The notes under the pieces are model-generated. The model was given only the letters and a program-made list of their open reading frames with translations. It had not been told where the DNA came from and did no database searches. From SAR324 cluster bacterium (GTDB taxonomy: Bacteria; SAR324; NAC60-12), in the NCBI GenBank assembly GCA_015232315.1, contig JADFZZ010000001.1:208835-272834 (forward strand): a DNA stretch of 64,000 nucleotides, given 5' to 3'. Each line of letters begins with the position of its first letter. Position 1 is the first letter of the stretch. The position numbers and the translations under genes were made by a program. Of the stretch, positions 27,430 to 38,108 are shown piece after piece.

Positions 27430-29355
27430 ATGGCGGATCTGAATAAAATATTTAAAAAACTCAGTGATATGGGCATCATTGTGGATAAAACTACAGAGGG
27501 TGTCATCATAGACAAGGTCAGTGAGTTACAGGGCATGGCGAAACCAACACAGCAAAAACCGGAAAACCAGCTCTATGCAATGATTTCCTCAAGCTACACC
27601 AAGGCCATTCTCTCTATTCTTTATGAGAAATGGATCAGGAAGCTTATTGACCGTTTTCCCGAATTGTTCAGAAAACATGGTTGTCCTGTCCCCTTGAAGT
27701 ATCCTAACAAGGACCATCTCACCAGGATGCTGCTGGCGGTGTATTCAGAAAAAAAAATGTTTGACGCATTATGGCAGAACCTGCCGGAGGCGGTACGACA
27801 AATTTTTATCTGGACGATCTGGTATAAAAGATTCTGTCATCAGGACATGCTGGCACAAACACTCAAAATCCAGATTTGGCAAACTGCGGATCGCTACTCT
27901 AATGAACACCATATGTATCTGAAACCAGAGTATCTGTTTTTTTCTTATGAAGTTCAGTACAGTTACCTCAGCAACAGAAATACTGAAAAACCACCCTACA
28001 TTTACAACCTGTATTTCAATCCGGAACTGGGAGAATATCTGAAACAATTCTTGCCCACGCCCGACGGTTATGATTTGCATCCAGAGGCCAAGATTCCGGA
28101 ATGCAGGATTCACGAAAACCGGGGTCTGATCCTTCAGGAGTTGCCTGTGTTATGGGCCTATATCCAGCAGGGCCAACTCAAACTTTCCAATAATGGCAAA
28201 ATTCTGAAAGCGTCTCTCAAGGAATTTCAGAAATTGATGCAGGTTCCTGAATTTTTTGAGGAACAGAATCTGAATTCCCTGCGAACGGAAATGCTCACCA
28301 ATCTGCTGGCCTGCATCAAGATCAAGCCGCAATCCGATCCGTTAAAACTCCTTCAACAGGTTTTTGAAAATTATCAGGTAAAAAACACCTACTCTCATCT
28401 GAATGGTTTGTTGTTTCATCTCAAGGGGCGTTCGACTTATCTTTCTCATATTTATTACGAAGAATTCAATCTTGCTCCAATTCTGGTGCAAAGACTGCTT
28501 TCCGCCTTGCCACAGGGGCAATGGGTATCTTTGGAAAATCTGAAGGATTACGCGAATTTAAGGTCGGTTCCCATCCTGAACGTATTGGATCCTTATCATG
28601 CGACACGCTATCTGCATTATATCTCTGGTGAACAGAGCACGTATGAACACAAAAAGTATATCATGCGTGATAATCTTGAATATACCATCAAACAGCCTTT
28701 GATTGCCGGGTCCATGTTCCTGTACGCCTGTCTGGGATTGGTGGACATCGCTTATGATTTCCCCAAAAATGACGTGGTGCAGGAGCGTCAACTGGGTTAT
28801 CTCAGTGTGTTTGATGGATTGCGCTATGTGCGGTTGACGGATCTGGGTGCCTTTCTTACAGGCAAAACTTCAAGTTACAGTGCTCCGGTCATGGCGGTGG
28901 CTCAGACAAAGGTGCTTCTTGATGAAAATCGCCTGATCTGCGGGCTGGATGGCAATGATCCCGTCAAACGCCTGATTCTTGAAAAAATGGCAAAACCCAT
29001 TGCCTTGAATCATTTCAAGGTTGATCATGAATCCTTTCTGAAAGGCTGTGTGACCAAAAAAGATGTTCAGGAAAAGATTGATCTGTTCCACACTCATATC
29101 GAAGGAAAACCACCTGAAATCTGGAAAAACTTTTTTAAACAGACACTCGCCCGCATCAATCCGCTAACCCATAAAAAAGATTTGCTGGTCTTTGAACTGG
29201 AACAGGATCGGGATCTGATTCATTTGCTGGCGACAGACGCAATTCTTAAAAAACACATTTTGAAAGTTGAGAATTTCCACATCGCCATTGAACGGAGTGA
29301 TTATAATAAGGTTAAAAAAAGATTGGAATCGCTGGGTTATCTGTTAACCAATTGA
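27430..29355 (+). CDS. hypothetical protein (641 aa), translationally adjacent partner of the SNF2 ATPase
   Basis: AAGGAA RBS; 8-bp gap after the SNF2 stop; no Zn-finger or nuclease motif recognised. Confidence 0.5.
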   Translation: MADLNKIFKKLSDMGIIVDKTTEGVIIDKVSELQGMAKPTQQKPENQLYAMISSSYTKAILSILYEKWIRKLIDRFPELFRKHGCPVPLKYPNKDHLTRMLLAVYSEKKMFDALWQNLPEAVRQIFIWTIWYKRFCHQDMLAQTLKIQIWQTADRYSNEHHMYLKPEYLFFSYEVQYSYLSNRNTEKPPYIYNLYFNPELGEYLKQFLPTPDGYDLHPEAKIPECRIHENRGLILQELPVLWAYIQQGQLKLSNNGKILKASLKEFQKLMQVPEFFEEQNLNSLRTEMLTNLLACIKIKPQSDPLKLLQQVFENYQVKNTYSHLNGLLFHLKGRSTYLSHIYYEEFNLAPILVQRLLSALPQGQWVSLENLKDYANLRSVPILNVLDPYHATRYLHYISGEQSTYEHKKYIMRDNLEYTIKQPLIAGSMFLYACLGLVDIAYDFPKNDVVQERQLGYLSVFDGLRYVRLTDLGAFLTGKTSSYSAPVMAVAQTKVLLDENRLICGLDGNDPVKRLILEKMAKPIALNHFKVDHESFLKGCVTKKDVQEKIDLFHTHIEGKPPEIWKNFFKQTLARINPLTHKKDLLVFELEQDRDLIHLLATDAILKKHILKVENFHIAIERSDYNKVKKRLESLGYLLTN

Positions 29356-29410
29356 CGTGTGACGGGACGGTGCAGGCGTGTTGTTTATAGAGACGTCGCA
29401 TGCAACGCCT

Positions 29411-29662
29411 CTATGGTGAAGGTTCCTGTTTTTCGTGTTCCTCGGAGGCTACCGTGTTCTGCAATTTGCGAAGCAGGCGGTAGATGCTCCGGTAACCGGC
29501 AAAGACGCCAAAGAGAACAAACAGTAAAAAGAGCCAGGGCGTGGTTCCAAAAACTCTATCCAGATATTGCCCAACCACACATCCCACCACTACCGACAAT
29601 CCCAGTTCCAGTCCCATCGAACTGAACATGAGCCATTTTGACTCCAGTTTAGGCCATTGCAT
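29411..29662 (-). CDS. AtpZ/AtpI-family small membrane protein (PF09527-like)
   Basis: Two TMs and GLELGLSVVVGCVVGQYLDRVFGTTPWLFLLFVLFGVFAGYRSIYRLL pattern. Confidence 0.5.
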   Translation of the reverse strand: MQWPKLESKWLMFSSMGLELGLSVVVGCVVGQYLDRVFGTTPWLFLLFVLFGVFAGYRSIYRLLRKLQNTVASEEHEKQEPSP

Positions 29663-29855
29663 GACGCTCCTGTCAGAGGATAAAACAATTTTGCATCTGT
29701 CTGCTGGACAAATGCTTGAGATTTTAAAAGGTTTTCTCTAAGGTTCCCTTCTTGATGAAAATCCGTTGCTGACCTTAGTAAGGGAAAGCACTGCTGTCAA
29801 GCGGGAGAATGGGTTTCCGGTTCTTTGCATGTTTATTGGTTGTTTGGGAGAAACT

Positions 29856-31760
29856 ATGATTCAACAGTTACGTTCATATTCAGAAAGCATTTTTTTTAAG
29901 GCATTGCTGGGCTTCATTGCCATAACGTTCGTGATTTCATTCGGAATTGGCGCAATTTCAGGTGACAAAAAAGAAGTGATCGCAACGGTCAACCATACAG
30001 AAATTCTGATGAAAGACTATCAACGGGCCTATCAGAATCAGCTTCAGTCTTTGCAGGCCAATCTTGGTGAACAGGCAGAACAGTTCGCCCAGCAGTTCAA
30101 TCTCAAACAACGTGTGCTGGATCAGTTGATCAATCAACAGTTGCTGATAGACGAAGCTAAAAATCTGGGAATTTTTACCACAGACAAGGAACTCAAGGAA
30201 TATATCACCGAACAGCCCTACTTTCAAAAGAACGGGCATTTTGATTTTGAAACCTACCAGACCATTCTCAAACAGAACCGTTTGACCATTGATGATTATG
30301 AAAAACTTCAACGGAAAGACCTGCTGCTTCAGAAAATCCGAAACATTCTGGGCGAAGGTATTGTCGCCAGTGCCGCAGAGGTTGATCTGGAATACCGCAT
30401 GGATCAGGAAAAAATGGCTGTGGACTTTATCGCTTTCACCACAGATCCATTTGTGTCACAGGTTCAGTGGACGGAAGAGGAACTCAATAAAACTTATGAA
30501 GATTCGAAGCTGGAATATAAAACTCCGCGCCAGTTTAAAATCGCGTATATTCCATTGAAGCTGGATGCGTTCATTCCTGAAGCTGTGAAGGATCGTGAAA
30601 TTGAACGCTATTACGAAAAAAACAAAACAGATTACACGCAACAGGCAGAAGTGAAAGCCAGACACATTCTGTTGAAAATTGAAGCGGAAGCCAATGATGC
30701 GCAAAAAACAGAAAAAAAACAATTCCTGGAATCTCTCCGGGCACGCATTCTCAAAGGAGAGTCTTTTGAGGGACTGGCCAGAATTTATTCCGAAGACGGA
30801 ACCAAAGACAAAGGCGGTGATCTGGGTTGGTTCAAAGTCGGAGAAATGGTGCCGGAATTTGAAAAAGCCGCATTTGCGCTCAATCCAGGCGAAGTGAGCC
30901 CCCTGGTGGAATCTCCTTTTGGTTATCATCTGATCCAAGTTGACGAAAAACGACCTGAAATCATCGCGTCTCTGGACGATGTGAAAGATGAAATCGCGGA
31001 TCTGCTCAAAAGCAAACGTGCTGAAAAATTATTGGATAGAGCGCTTGAAAATCTTGAAACACGAATGACAACCCTCAAGGAACTGGATGAGATCGCTAAG
31101 GAGTTTCAGCAGACCATTGTCACCACCGAATGGTTTTCAGAAGATACTGTCATTCCGGGATTGGGATCTGCCAAACCCTTGGTTTCAACATTGCGCCACA
31201 AGAGCGCCGACGATTTGGGAACATGGAAACGAAATCCTGTGGTTGGGCATGTCGTTTATAAACTGGTTGAACTCAAAGAGCCTGAGATTCGGCCGCTGGC
31301 TGAGGTGAAAGTGGCAGTGGAGGAAAAAATCCGGAACGCTAAAGCCGAACAACAGGCCTGGGACAAAGCTCAGGAGTCGCTCACACAATTGCGGGAAGGA
31401 ACCTCACTGGAAGATATCGCTCAGCGTTACTCATTTAAAATTGAAAGTGTTTCGCTCAATATCAAATCGAACAATCTGCCAGGTGTGGGCTCAAACACGG
31501 AATTCAAGAAAACCGCTTTCGACTTGAGCCAGGCCAGTCGCTATGGACTGAGCAGAAACACTCAGAAACAAATGCATCTGCTCCGGTTTAAACAACGACA
31601 ACTGGAAGCGGGCGATGCCACTGCCAAAAAACTGGAACTGCGACAACGTCTGTTTGAAAGTTCACAGAACAGCATTGTGGAAAAAAGAATCCAGCAGCTT
31701 CGTGAATCTGCCACCATTAAAATTCTGAATCCATTGTTCAACCAGGCGGCTCAGGGATAA
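29856..31760 (+). CDS. ppiD: periplasmic chaperone / PPIase PpiD (SurA-like, parvulin domain)
   Basis: GGGAG RBS before ATG 29856; N-terminal TM; parvulin motif ARHILLK...GGDLGWF...FGYHLIQV. Confidence 0.65.
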   Translation: MIQQLRSYSESIFFKALLGFIAITFVISFGIGAISGDKKEVIATVNHTEILMKDYQRAYQNQLQSLQANLGEQAEQFAQQFNLKQRVLDQLINQQLLIDEAKNLGIFTTDKELKEYITEQPYFQKNGHFDFETYQTILKQNRLTIDDYEKLQRKDLLLQKIRNILGEGIVASAAEVDLEYRMDQEKMAVDFIAFTTDPFVSQVQWTEEELNKTYEDSKLEYKTPRQFKIAYIPLKLDAFIPEAVKDREIERYYEKNKTDYTQQAEVKARHILLKIEAEANDAQKTEKKQFLESLRARILKGESFEGLARIYSEDGTKDKGGDLGWFKVGEMVPEFEKAAFALNPGEVSPLVESPFGYHLIQVDEKRPEIIASLDDVKDEIADLLKSKRAEKLLDRALENLETRMTTLKELDEIAKEFQQTIVTTEWFSEDTVIPGLGSAKPLVSTLRHKSADDLGTWKRNPVVGHVVYKLVELKEPEIRPLAEVKVAVEEKIRNAKAEQQAWDKAQESLTQLREGTSLEDIAQRYSFKIESVSLNIKSNNLPGVGSNTEFKKTAFDLSQASRYGLSRNTQKQMHLLRFKQRQLEAGDATAKKLELRQRLFESSQNSIVEKRIQQLRESATIKILNPLFNQAAQG

Positions 31761-31763
31761 TCC

Positions 31764-32297
31764 ATGCGGAACCGTTTTTCACAGCAGACAATTTTTGCGG
31801 AACTTTGTCTGCTGGTTTTATGGTCTTGCGGACTTCATGCACAACCGTTTGCCTGGGAAACGGCTCAAGCCACGTCCCATGTCACCCTGTATGCGGAATT
31901 CAATCCCTTCGTTGTCACTCCGGGAACGGATGTTCATTTACAGATACAGGTTTTTCCGGCAACAGGCTGGCATGTTTACTCCATTCTTCCACAGCCTGAC
32001 GGCGGACCAGATCCGACGACACTGACACTGAGTCTGCCTGCTTTTCTGGTACCTGTGGGCGTTTTGACGGAAAGCCCCGCGGAAAAGAAACAGGATCTGG
32101 TTCTGGAAATGGAGGTGGCTCTGCATGAAAAACCTTTTTTACTAAGCCAGGCGTTGCGATTAAAGTCTGATGCCCCTGTCGGAGAATATAATATTTCAGG
32201 AACCTTGAGTTTCCATGCCTGTGACCAGCGGATATGTGCTCCCCTTCAGCATGCATCGTTTGTCACTTCCCTGACTGTGAATTCTTCAACTCCATAG
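31764..32297 (+). CDS. DsbD N-terminal (alpha) domain-like secreted thiol-disulfide protein
   Basis: Signal peptide; C-terminal FHACDQRICAP resembling the DsbD-alpha C-x4-C motif. Confidence 0.4.
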   Translation: MRNRFSQQTIFAELCLLVLWSCGLHAQPFAWETAQATSHVTLYAEFNPFVVTPGTDVHLQIQVFPATGWHVYSILPQPDGGPDPTTLTLSLPAFLVPVGVLTESPAEKKQDLVLEMEVALHEKPFLLSQALRLKSDAPVGEYNISGTLSFHACDQRICAPLQHASFVTSLTVNSSTP

Positions 32298-32342
32298 TGG
32301 AATCATGGTCCATTTCATGATCTGTTGCTTCAGGAGAAATAC

Positions 32343-32954
32343 ATGAGCAATCAACCAAAAAGTCAGAATATTGTGTGGCATCATGGTGCTGTCACCCGGG
32401 ATATGCGAGAAGAGCAATACAAACAAAAATCATGCACCCTCTGGTTCACCGGATTGTCCGGATCGGGTAAATCCACGTTAGCCCATTTGGTTCAGCACCG
32501 TCTGTTTGAGCTGGGAAAACCCTCCTATGTTCTGGATGGTGACAATCTGCGTCATGGGTTGAATGTGGATCTGGGCTTTTCTCCCGCAGACCGCAATGAA
32601 AACATTCGTCGAAGCGGCGAAGTTGCCAAACTGTTCAATGACGCGGGATTGATCGTGTTGACCGCCTTCATTTCACCCTATCGTGCTGACCGTGACAAAG
32701 TCCGGAACATCATGAACGAGGGACAATTCATTGAAGTCTGGCTCAATCCATCGCTCGATGTTTGTGAAGCGCGGGATCCCAAAGGACTTTACAAAAAAGC
32801 CAGAGCCGGTCAGATTCCAGAATTCACCGGAATTTCAGCACCCTATGAAGAGCCACTGAATGCCGAGATCCCACTTGACACCGGGAAATATTCCCAGGAA
32901 GAGGCCGCTCAGCAGATTCTGGACTATCTGAATCAGAAGGGTTATTTGTTGTAG
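32343..32954 (+). CDS. cysC: adenylylsulfate kinase
   Basis: AGGAGA RBS before ATG 32343; P-loop GLSGSGKST; YVLDGDNLRHGL...FISPY motifs. Confidence 0.85.
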   Translation: MSNQPKSQNIVWHHGAVTRDMREEQYKQKSCTLWFTGLSGSGKSTLAHLVQHRLFELGKPSYVLDGDNLRHGLNVDLGFSPADRNENIRRSGEVAKLFNDAGLIVLTAFISPYRADRDKVRNIMNEGQFIEVWLNPSLDVCEARDPKGLYKKARAGQIPEFTGISAPYEEPLNAEIPLDTGKYSQEEAAQQILDYLNQKGYLL

Positions 32955-33044
32955 TGAGACTTTAATAAAAGCATGATCAAGAGTCATGTTGATGGCTCTT
33001 TCATGCACTCTGAACAAAATAATGATCTTTAGTCTTGAGGGAAT

Positions 33045-33266
33045 ATGGAGGCTTATCGGATAGAAACTCAAGTGGATCAAAACAGTTCACTGGTTCTGAC
33101 CAATTTACCATTTCATGAGGGAGAAACGGTTGAAGTTCTCATTATCAAAGCTCCTCTACCTATGAAAAATAATTCAAACAAATCTTATGTACTACGTGGT
33201 ACTCCAGTGAAATACATCGAGCCAACTGAACCTGTTGCTAAAGAGGACTGGGAGGCGTTGAAGTGA
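33045..33266 (+). CDS. type II antitoxin (VapB-like) of the PIN toxin
   Basis: 73 aa; stop overlaps the downstream PIN gene start by 4 nt. Confidence 0.5.
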   Translation: MEAYRIETQVDQNSSLVLTNLPFHEGETVEVLIIKAPLPMKNNSNKSYVLRGTPVKYIEPTEPVAKEDWEALK

Positions 33267-33658
33267 TTGTTTTGGATACTCATATCTGGATTTGGTGGGT
33301 CCACGGTGATCGTAATCTTCCTGATGTCTACAGGAATTATCTTCAACAGAATGAATCTCAGGGACTGGGGATCAGTATCATTTCCTGTTGGGAAATTGCC
33401 AAATTAGTTGAATATCAACGTCTGGAATTGCCCTGTGATGTGGCGGAATGGACAGAAAAAGCTGTCAGTTATCCGTACATCTGTTTACTGGATTTAACAC
33501 CAGAAATTATTATTGATTCGACAAGACTGCCTCAACCATTTCATCGCGATCCAGCAGATCAATTGATTGTTGCAACGGCCAGAATCCATCATTGCTCACT
33601 AATGACGGTAGACTCAAAAATTACAAACTATCCACATGTATCAAAGGTTCCACAATAG
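33263..33658 (+). CDS. vapC: PIN-domain toxin (VapC family)
   Basis: GTG start; VLDTHIWIWW...D...E...D acidic residues with PIN spacing. Confidence 0.65.
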   Translation: MIVLDTHIWIWWVHGDRNLPDVYRNYLQQNESQGLGISIISCWEIAKLVEYQRLELPCDVAEWTEKAVSYPYICLLDLTPEIIIDSTRLPQPFHRDPADQLIVATARIHHCSLMTVDSKITNYPHVSKVPQ

Positions 33659-33681
33659 ATCATTGAACAGCAAGGTGTGAT

Positions 33682-36600
33682 TTGCCTAAACTCTATTATT
33701 CGAATGACCTGACCATCATGGCTGGTATGCTGGCTGAAAATCTCGCGGATGAAGATCCGTTTGACACCGGCATCATTGTTGTTCCCAATTTCAGCCTGCA
33801 ACAGTGGCTTTCTCTACAAATCGCTTCGTTGAACGGTATTGCCGCCAATCTGAGCTATGTGCCGCTTGAAAAGGCAATTCTCTCCGCGATTGTTCCCTCC
33901 AGTCAGAAAAAAAACATCACCCTCCTGCATCCCGGGTCCATTCAACTGCTGCTGGTCAGTCTTCTTCATGAAAAACTCAATGACAGTGACCCTGTCTGGA
34001 CTCCGCTGAAGGACTACATTTTCAGTCATGAACAGTTGCAGTCTCATGCGTTGGAAGTTCGTATTTTTCAGCTTGCCGCCAAACTGTCCAACCTGTTCCA
34101 GCAATATGAATATCTCCGCTGGGACATGCTGGCTGAATGGAAAGCGGGCCGCACCTGTTTCAATGAACCGGCATTGACCACGGAACGTTGGCAAAAAGCG
34201 TTGTGGTTGGGATTGTTTGGCGAGAATGGTCTGGTGGAAAAGTTCAATGAACAGGTTCTCAACAACAGAGATGGTGAGCTATCCAGGACATATTGGACCT
34301 TACCCCAGATTGTACGCTATCTGCCGCTGGCCTCCCCTGTTCAATCGAAAAAGAGCCTGCATATTTTTGGTTTGTCCTACATTTCCCGTTTTTATCATGA
34401 CATTCTGTCAACAAAACTTGAAGATTACTATGAGGTGTCGGTTTACACCCTCAACCCCTGTATGGAGTTTTGGGAAGATCTTGAATCAGAATGGGAATCC
34501 CGGATTGCCGCCAAAAAAATTCTCCGGCAGAGTCCGGAATATTATGACAAGGTGCTCACCAGATATCATACGCCGATTTCCGATGAAGACAGTCAGGCTG
34601 GAGAATTGTTTCAGCACGAGGAAGATAATCAGTTTCTCAAGGCCTGGGGTCGGCCCGGACGGGAAAACATCCGTCTGCTCAATGAATGGGGCCAGTGGGA
34701 ATTTTATCCTGTGTTCCATAATCCACTGCATCTGCGGCACACGATTCTGAGTCAGATTCAATTTGATATTCTCACCAGAGAACCCCGCAAACCTGCCCCT
34801 TTGCAATTGCCTCAAGATGACAGCCTGGTGGTGATGGCCTGTCCCAATGTTCGTCGTGAAGTGGAAATTGTGACCAATGAAATCTGGAAACTGCTTCAAA
34901 GCCATGAGGATCTCCGGATGAATCAGATTGCGGTCATTATTCCTGATATGGAACGCTACCAGACCGATGTCGAAATCGTCTTCCAAGCGATCCATCGTCT
35001 CCCCTACAACCTGATTGATGGTGTCAATCTGCGTGCCGGCAGGTTGCTGGATGGCGCGTTAAAACTGTTTGGACTCTGTTTGACCGACTATACCAGGAAA
35101 GATATGTTTGAACTGCTTGGAAATCCCAACTTTCTCAAGCATCCTGACGATCCGGAGATCGATCTCGAACTGTGGCTCGACTGGGCTGAAAAACTGGGGA
35201 TTTTTTATGGAATCAGTGAAACCGATAATCGGGAACGTGGATTTCAACACCTCAAGGATGATTTGTATAACTGGGAACAGGGATTGAACCGCTTGAATCT
35301 GGGCATGTTTCTCAGTGTTTCTCCTGACGATCCAAAACTGTTTGAATTGCGGAACCGGTCCTGTGTGCCCTTGACCATTGAAGCACAACATGACACGCAG
35401 GCTCAATGGTTCATGACCCTCATCAGGTCGCTGATCGCTGACACCCGGTCCATGCGAAACTGGCAAATGACAGGAGATCTGTGGGGGAAATACCTGCACA
35501 CGCTGTTCACCACCTATTTCGCACCGCTCAATGACACGGAACAGGATGAATATTCACGTATCGCCAACAGCCTGTTGGAAATGCGTGAATTTGAAGTTCT
35601 GGGAAAGTCTGCTGTTGGCTTTTCTGTGGTGTATGAGTTTTTCAAACAGTCTCAGGATGAAGTTTCCATGCACCGTGGACGTTATCTGGCAGAAGGGGTG
35701 ACAATTTCCTCGTTTTTGCCCATGCGGCCCATTCCGTTTGATGTGGTCTTTATTCTGGGACTGGGAGAAGGCCAGTTTCCCGCGCTGGATCAAAAGGACA
35801 ATCTGGACTTGCGGCAGGCCCGGCGGCTTCTGCACAATCCTGTCAGGGGCAAAGCCTACCGAGACCGGGAAATCGGCGATGTGTCCAATGCGGAGAAAGA
35901 CAAGTACATGTTTCTGGAAATTATGGTTTCAACCAGAAAAAAGTTGTATCTCAGCTACATTTCACGCAATGACAAAACCGATGATCCTCTCAATCCGTCT
36001 TCCGTGGTTCAGTCTTTGATTGGCATTCTCGATACGGAATATCTGGCAGGACGATTTCAGCAACAGGTGCATCCGCTTAAAAATTATGATTCCCGCTATT
36101 TTCCAGAATTGAAGCCACAACCATCTGAAACAGCTCTCCACAGTTTTGACCATTATGCCCGACTTCAGGCTTATGCCCGGCATTGGCGCGAGCAACTTCA
36201 GATCAGGACTGAAAACAGCCCGTCATCAGCCCCTGTACTCAAGGATCAATGGGAAAAATGGTACTGGCAATTGACCGGAGGCAAAGAGCGGTTGAGGCCA
36301 ACGAACGAAAAAGAACTGCCGGAAAAAATCGTGATTTCGTTGTCACAAATCCGACAATTTCTGGAATGTCCACTGCAATCCGCGGCTCGACGGCAGTTGG
36401 GCCTGTTTGATGAAGAGGATCTGTCATCGGTCGAAGCAACCCATGAACCCTTTGGGGTGGACCACCTTCAGGAATGGCAGCTTTTGAACCGTACACTGGA
36501 ATATGGCATGAGTCCCGCTGGTCTTCATTCGTCTCTCGACGCATGGTATCAACAGCAAGTGCGTTATCTGGAATTACAGGGGCAGTTTCCTTCAGGTTTG

Positions 36601-37332
36601 TTTCAACAAAATTGGAAAAAGAAACATCTCGATATTCTGAACCAATGGTTTGACAAATTCAAAACCGTGACCAAACATTTGGAGGTCACGACACCGCACA
36701 AGGTTTTCTTTGGAACCGTGCGAGAATCCTTTGTGACTGAAGCCATCAGTCAGCATCGGTTTCAGCCGGCATTCAAAACAACCATGAAACGGGGAGAGCA
36801 GACGCTTCAGGTGGAGATCCACGGACAAACCGAGTGGTTGGCCTCTCTTTCCGGAAGTGTGCTGTGTCATTTCACTGCCGGCAATATCAAATCAAAACAC
36901 TGGCTGAGGGTCTTTCTAAGTGCGGCGTTATTACGGGCAACGGGTTCCATTTCCTCCGGGTCAGACAGCAGTGAAGCCTGGATCATCTCCGGAGAAGATA
37001 AACCTGCCCGAAAGTTACTGCGTCTCGATCATTGGACAGCGGAACAGGCCGCAACCTGGCTGAAACAAATATTGCATGCCATGCTTGCGGAGCGGTTTGA
37101 TATTCTGTTTCCGGTCGAAGCGGTCATTGCCAAAGATCCAACAGGAATGGAACCTTCTGAATTCAACCGTCAGTTCAACGAAACGCTGGACAAACTGGTT
37201 CAGGGGGGAAAAGGATTCAGTTCGCTGTATGGACCTGTCACCAATCTTGAGGATTACAGCGCGCCTGAAAATCCGTATGAATTGATGACACAGCGTTTTG
37301 GCGATTTTTTTAATATCCTGAGGGACCCATGA
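33682..37332 (+). CDS. recC: exodeoxyribonuclease V gamma subunit RecC
   Basis: TTG start. Collinear similarity to E. coli RecC, for example YYSNDLTIM versus VYHSNRLDVL, GIAANLSYVPL versus GIAANIDFPLP, FLPMRPIPFDVVFILGLGEGQFP versus LMPMRSIPFKVVCLLGMNDGVYP, YMFLEIMVSTRKKLYLSYI versus YLFLEALISAQQKLYISYI. Confidence 0.8.
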   Translation: MPKLYYSNDLTIMAGMLAENLADEDPFDTGIIVVPNFSLQQWLSLQIASLNGIAANLSYVPLEKAILSAIVPSSQKKNITLLHPGSIQLLLVSLLHEKLNDSDPVWTPLKDYIFSHEQLQSHALEVRIFQLAAKLSNLFQQYEYLRWDMLAEWKAGRTCFNEPALTTERWQKALWLGLFGENGLVEKFNEQVLNNRDGELSRTYWTLPQIVRYLPLASPVQSKKSLHIFGLSYISRFYHDILSTKLEDYYEVSVYTLNPCMEFWEDLESEWESRIAAKKILRQSPEYYDKVLTRYHTPISDEDSQAGELFQHEEDNQFLKAWGRPGRENIRLLNEWGQWEFYPVFHNPLHLRHTILSQIQFDILTREPRKPAPLQLPQDDSLVVMACPNVRREVEIVTNEIWKLLQSHEDLRMNQIAVIIPDMERYQTDVEIVFQAIHRLPYNLIDGVNLRAGRLLDGALKLFGLCLTDYTRKDMFELLGNPNFLKHPDDPEIDLELWLDWAEKLGIFYGISETDNRERGFQHLKDDLYNWEQGLNRLNLGMFLSVSPDDPKLFELRNRSCVPLTIEAQHDTQAQWFMTLIRSLIADTRSMRNWQMTGDLWGKYLHTLFTTYFAPLNDTEQDEYSRIANSLLEMREFEVLGKSAVGFSVVYEFFKQSQDEVSMHRGRYLAEGVTISSFLPMRPIPFDVVFILGLGEGQFPALDQKDNLDLRQARRLLHNPVRGKAYRDREIGDVSNAEKDKYMFLEIMVSTRKKLYLSYISRNDKTDDPLNPSSVVQSLIGILDTEYLAGRFQQQVHPLKNYDSRYFPELKPQPSETALHSFDHYARLQAYARHWREQLQIRTENSPSSAPVLKDQWEKWYWQLTGGKERLRPTNEKELPEKIVISLSQIRQFLECPLQSAARRQLGLFDEEDLSSVEATHEPFGVDHLQEWQLLNRTLEYGMSPAGLHSSLDAWYQQQVRYLELQGQFPSGLFQQNWKKKHLDILNQWFDKFKTVTKHLEVTTPHKVFFGTVRESFVTEAISQHRFQPAFKTTMKRGEQTLQVEIHGQTEWLASLSGSVLCHFTAGNIKSKHWLRVFLSAALLRATGSISSGSDSSEAWIISGEDKPARKLLRLDHWTAEQAATWLKQILHAMLAERFDILFPVEAVIAKDPTGMEPSEFNRQFNETLDKLVQGGKGFSSLYGPVTNLEDYSAPENPYELMTQRFGDFFNILRDP

Positions 37333-38108
37333 AAACCCGATGGCGACTGATCATCGATCCGCCGATGCCGCCAGCGTTCAACATGGCGGCAGATCAAGTT
37401 CTGCTCAATCAGCAAACCGCCGACTCTTTGCCGGTATTCCGGATTTATTTCTGGAACCAGCCCACGCTTTCTATCGGCAAAAACCAGAAAATTCATTCAT
37501 CCCTGAACTGGGACTGGTGCGCACAACACAATGTCGCCGTGATCCGTCGGGTCACAGGTGGACAGGCGGTGTTGCATGGGCAGGACATTACCTATTCTGT
37601 CATCGGCAGTGTCAAAGATCCGATGCTGGGAGGGGGAATCCTGCAGACGTACCGCACCATTTCACAAGGTCTGTTTAATTTTTTTCAATCGTTGGGTTTG
37701 TCTCTGGAAATCCAGCCGCATTCTACACGGGATTTGGCAAGATCCGCCGTTTGTTTTGAAATGCCCTCTGCCTTTGAATTGCTGATCAACGGCAAAAAGA
37801 TTGTGGGCAGTGCCCAGCGGCAAACCACAACCGCGTTTTTACAGCATGGCACCATTCCCCTGAACAGTCAGATCGAACCGCTGAGCCATCTGTTTCTCAA
37901 GGCGGACCCCAATAAACTGTCTCAGGAAATCACATCGCTGGAATCAGAAAATGTGTTGCATGGAGCGACCACAGAATTGCTGTGCGACAAACTGTGTGAT
38001 TCGTTTCAGACCGTCTTTGGCATGGACTGGGATCGTTCAGGCTGGACAGAACAGGAACTGGAACAGATTCAGGCTGAGATCAGCAATTTTCCTCTTTCCT
38101 CTCCATGA
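37329..38108 (+). CDS. lipoate/octanoate-protein ligase family protein (BPL/LPL catalytic domain, LplA/LipB-like)
   Basis: KIVGSAQRQTTTAFLQHGTIPL motif (conserved Lys in K-x-x-G-S-A); start overlaps the recC stop. Confidence 0.6.
   Translation: MKTRWRLIIDPPMPPAFNMAADQVLLNQQTADSLPVFRIYFWNQPTLSIGKNQKIHSSLNWDWCAQHNVAVIRRVTGGQAVLHGQDITYSVIGSVKDPMLGGGILQTYRTISQGLFNFFQSLGLSLEIQPHSTRDLARSAVCFEMPSAFELLINGKKIVGSAQRQTTTAFLQHGTIPLNSQIEPLSHLFLKADPNKLSQEITSLESENVLHGATTELLCDKLCDSFQTVFGMDWDRSGWTEQELEQIQAEISNFPLSSP

Noticed and set aside
33682-37332. 1216-aa nuclease-helicase-like protein as a possible AddB
   Set aside because: Motif order and local identities follow E. coli RecC throughout, and there is no AddB-type C-terminal Fe-S nuclease motif.
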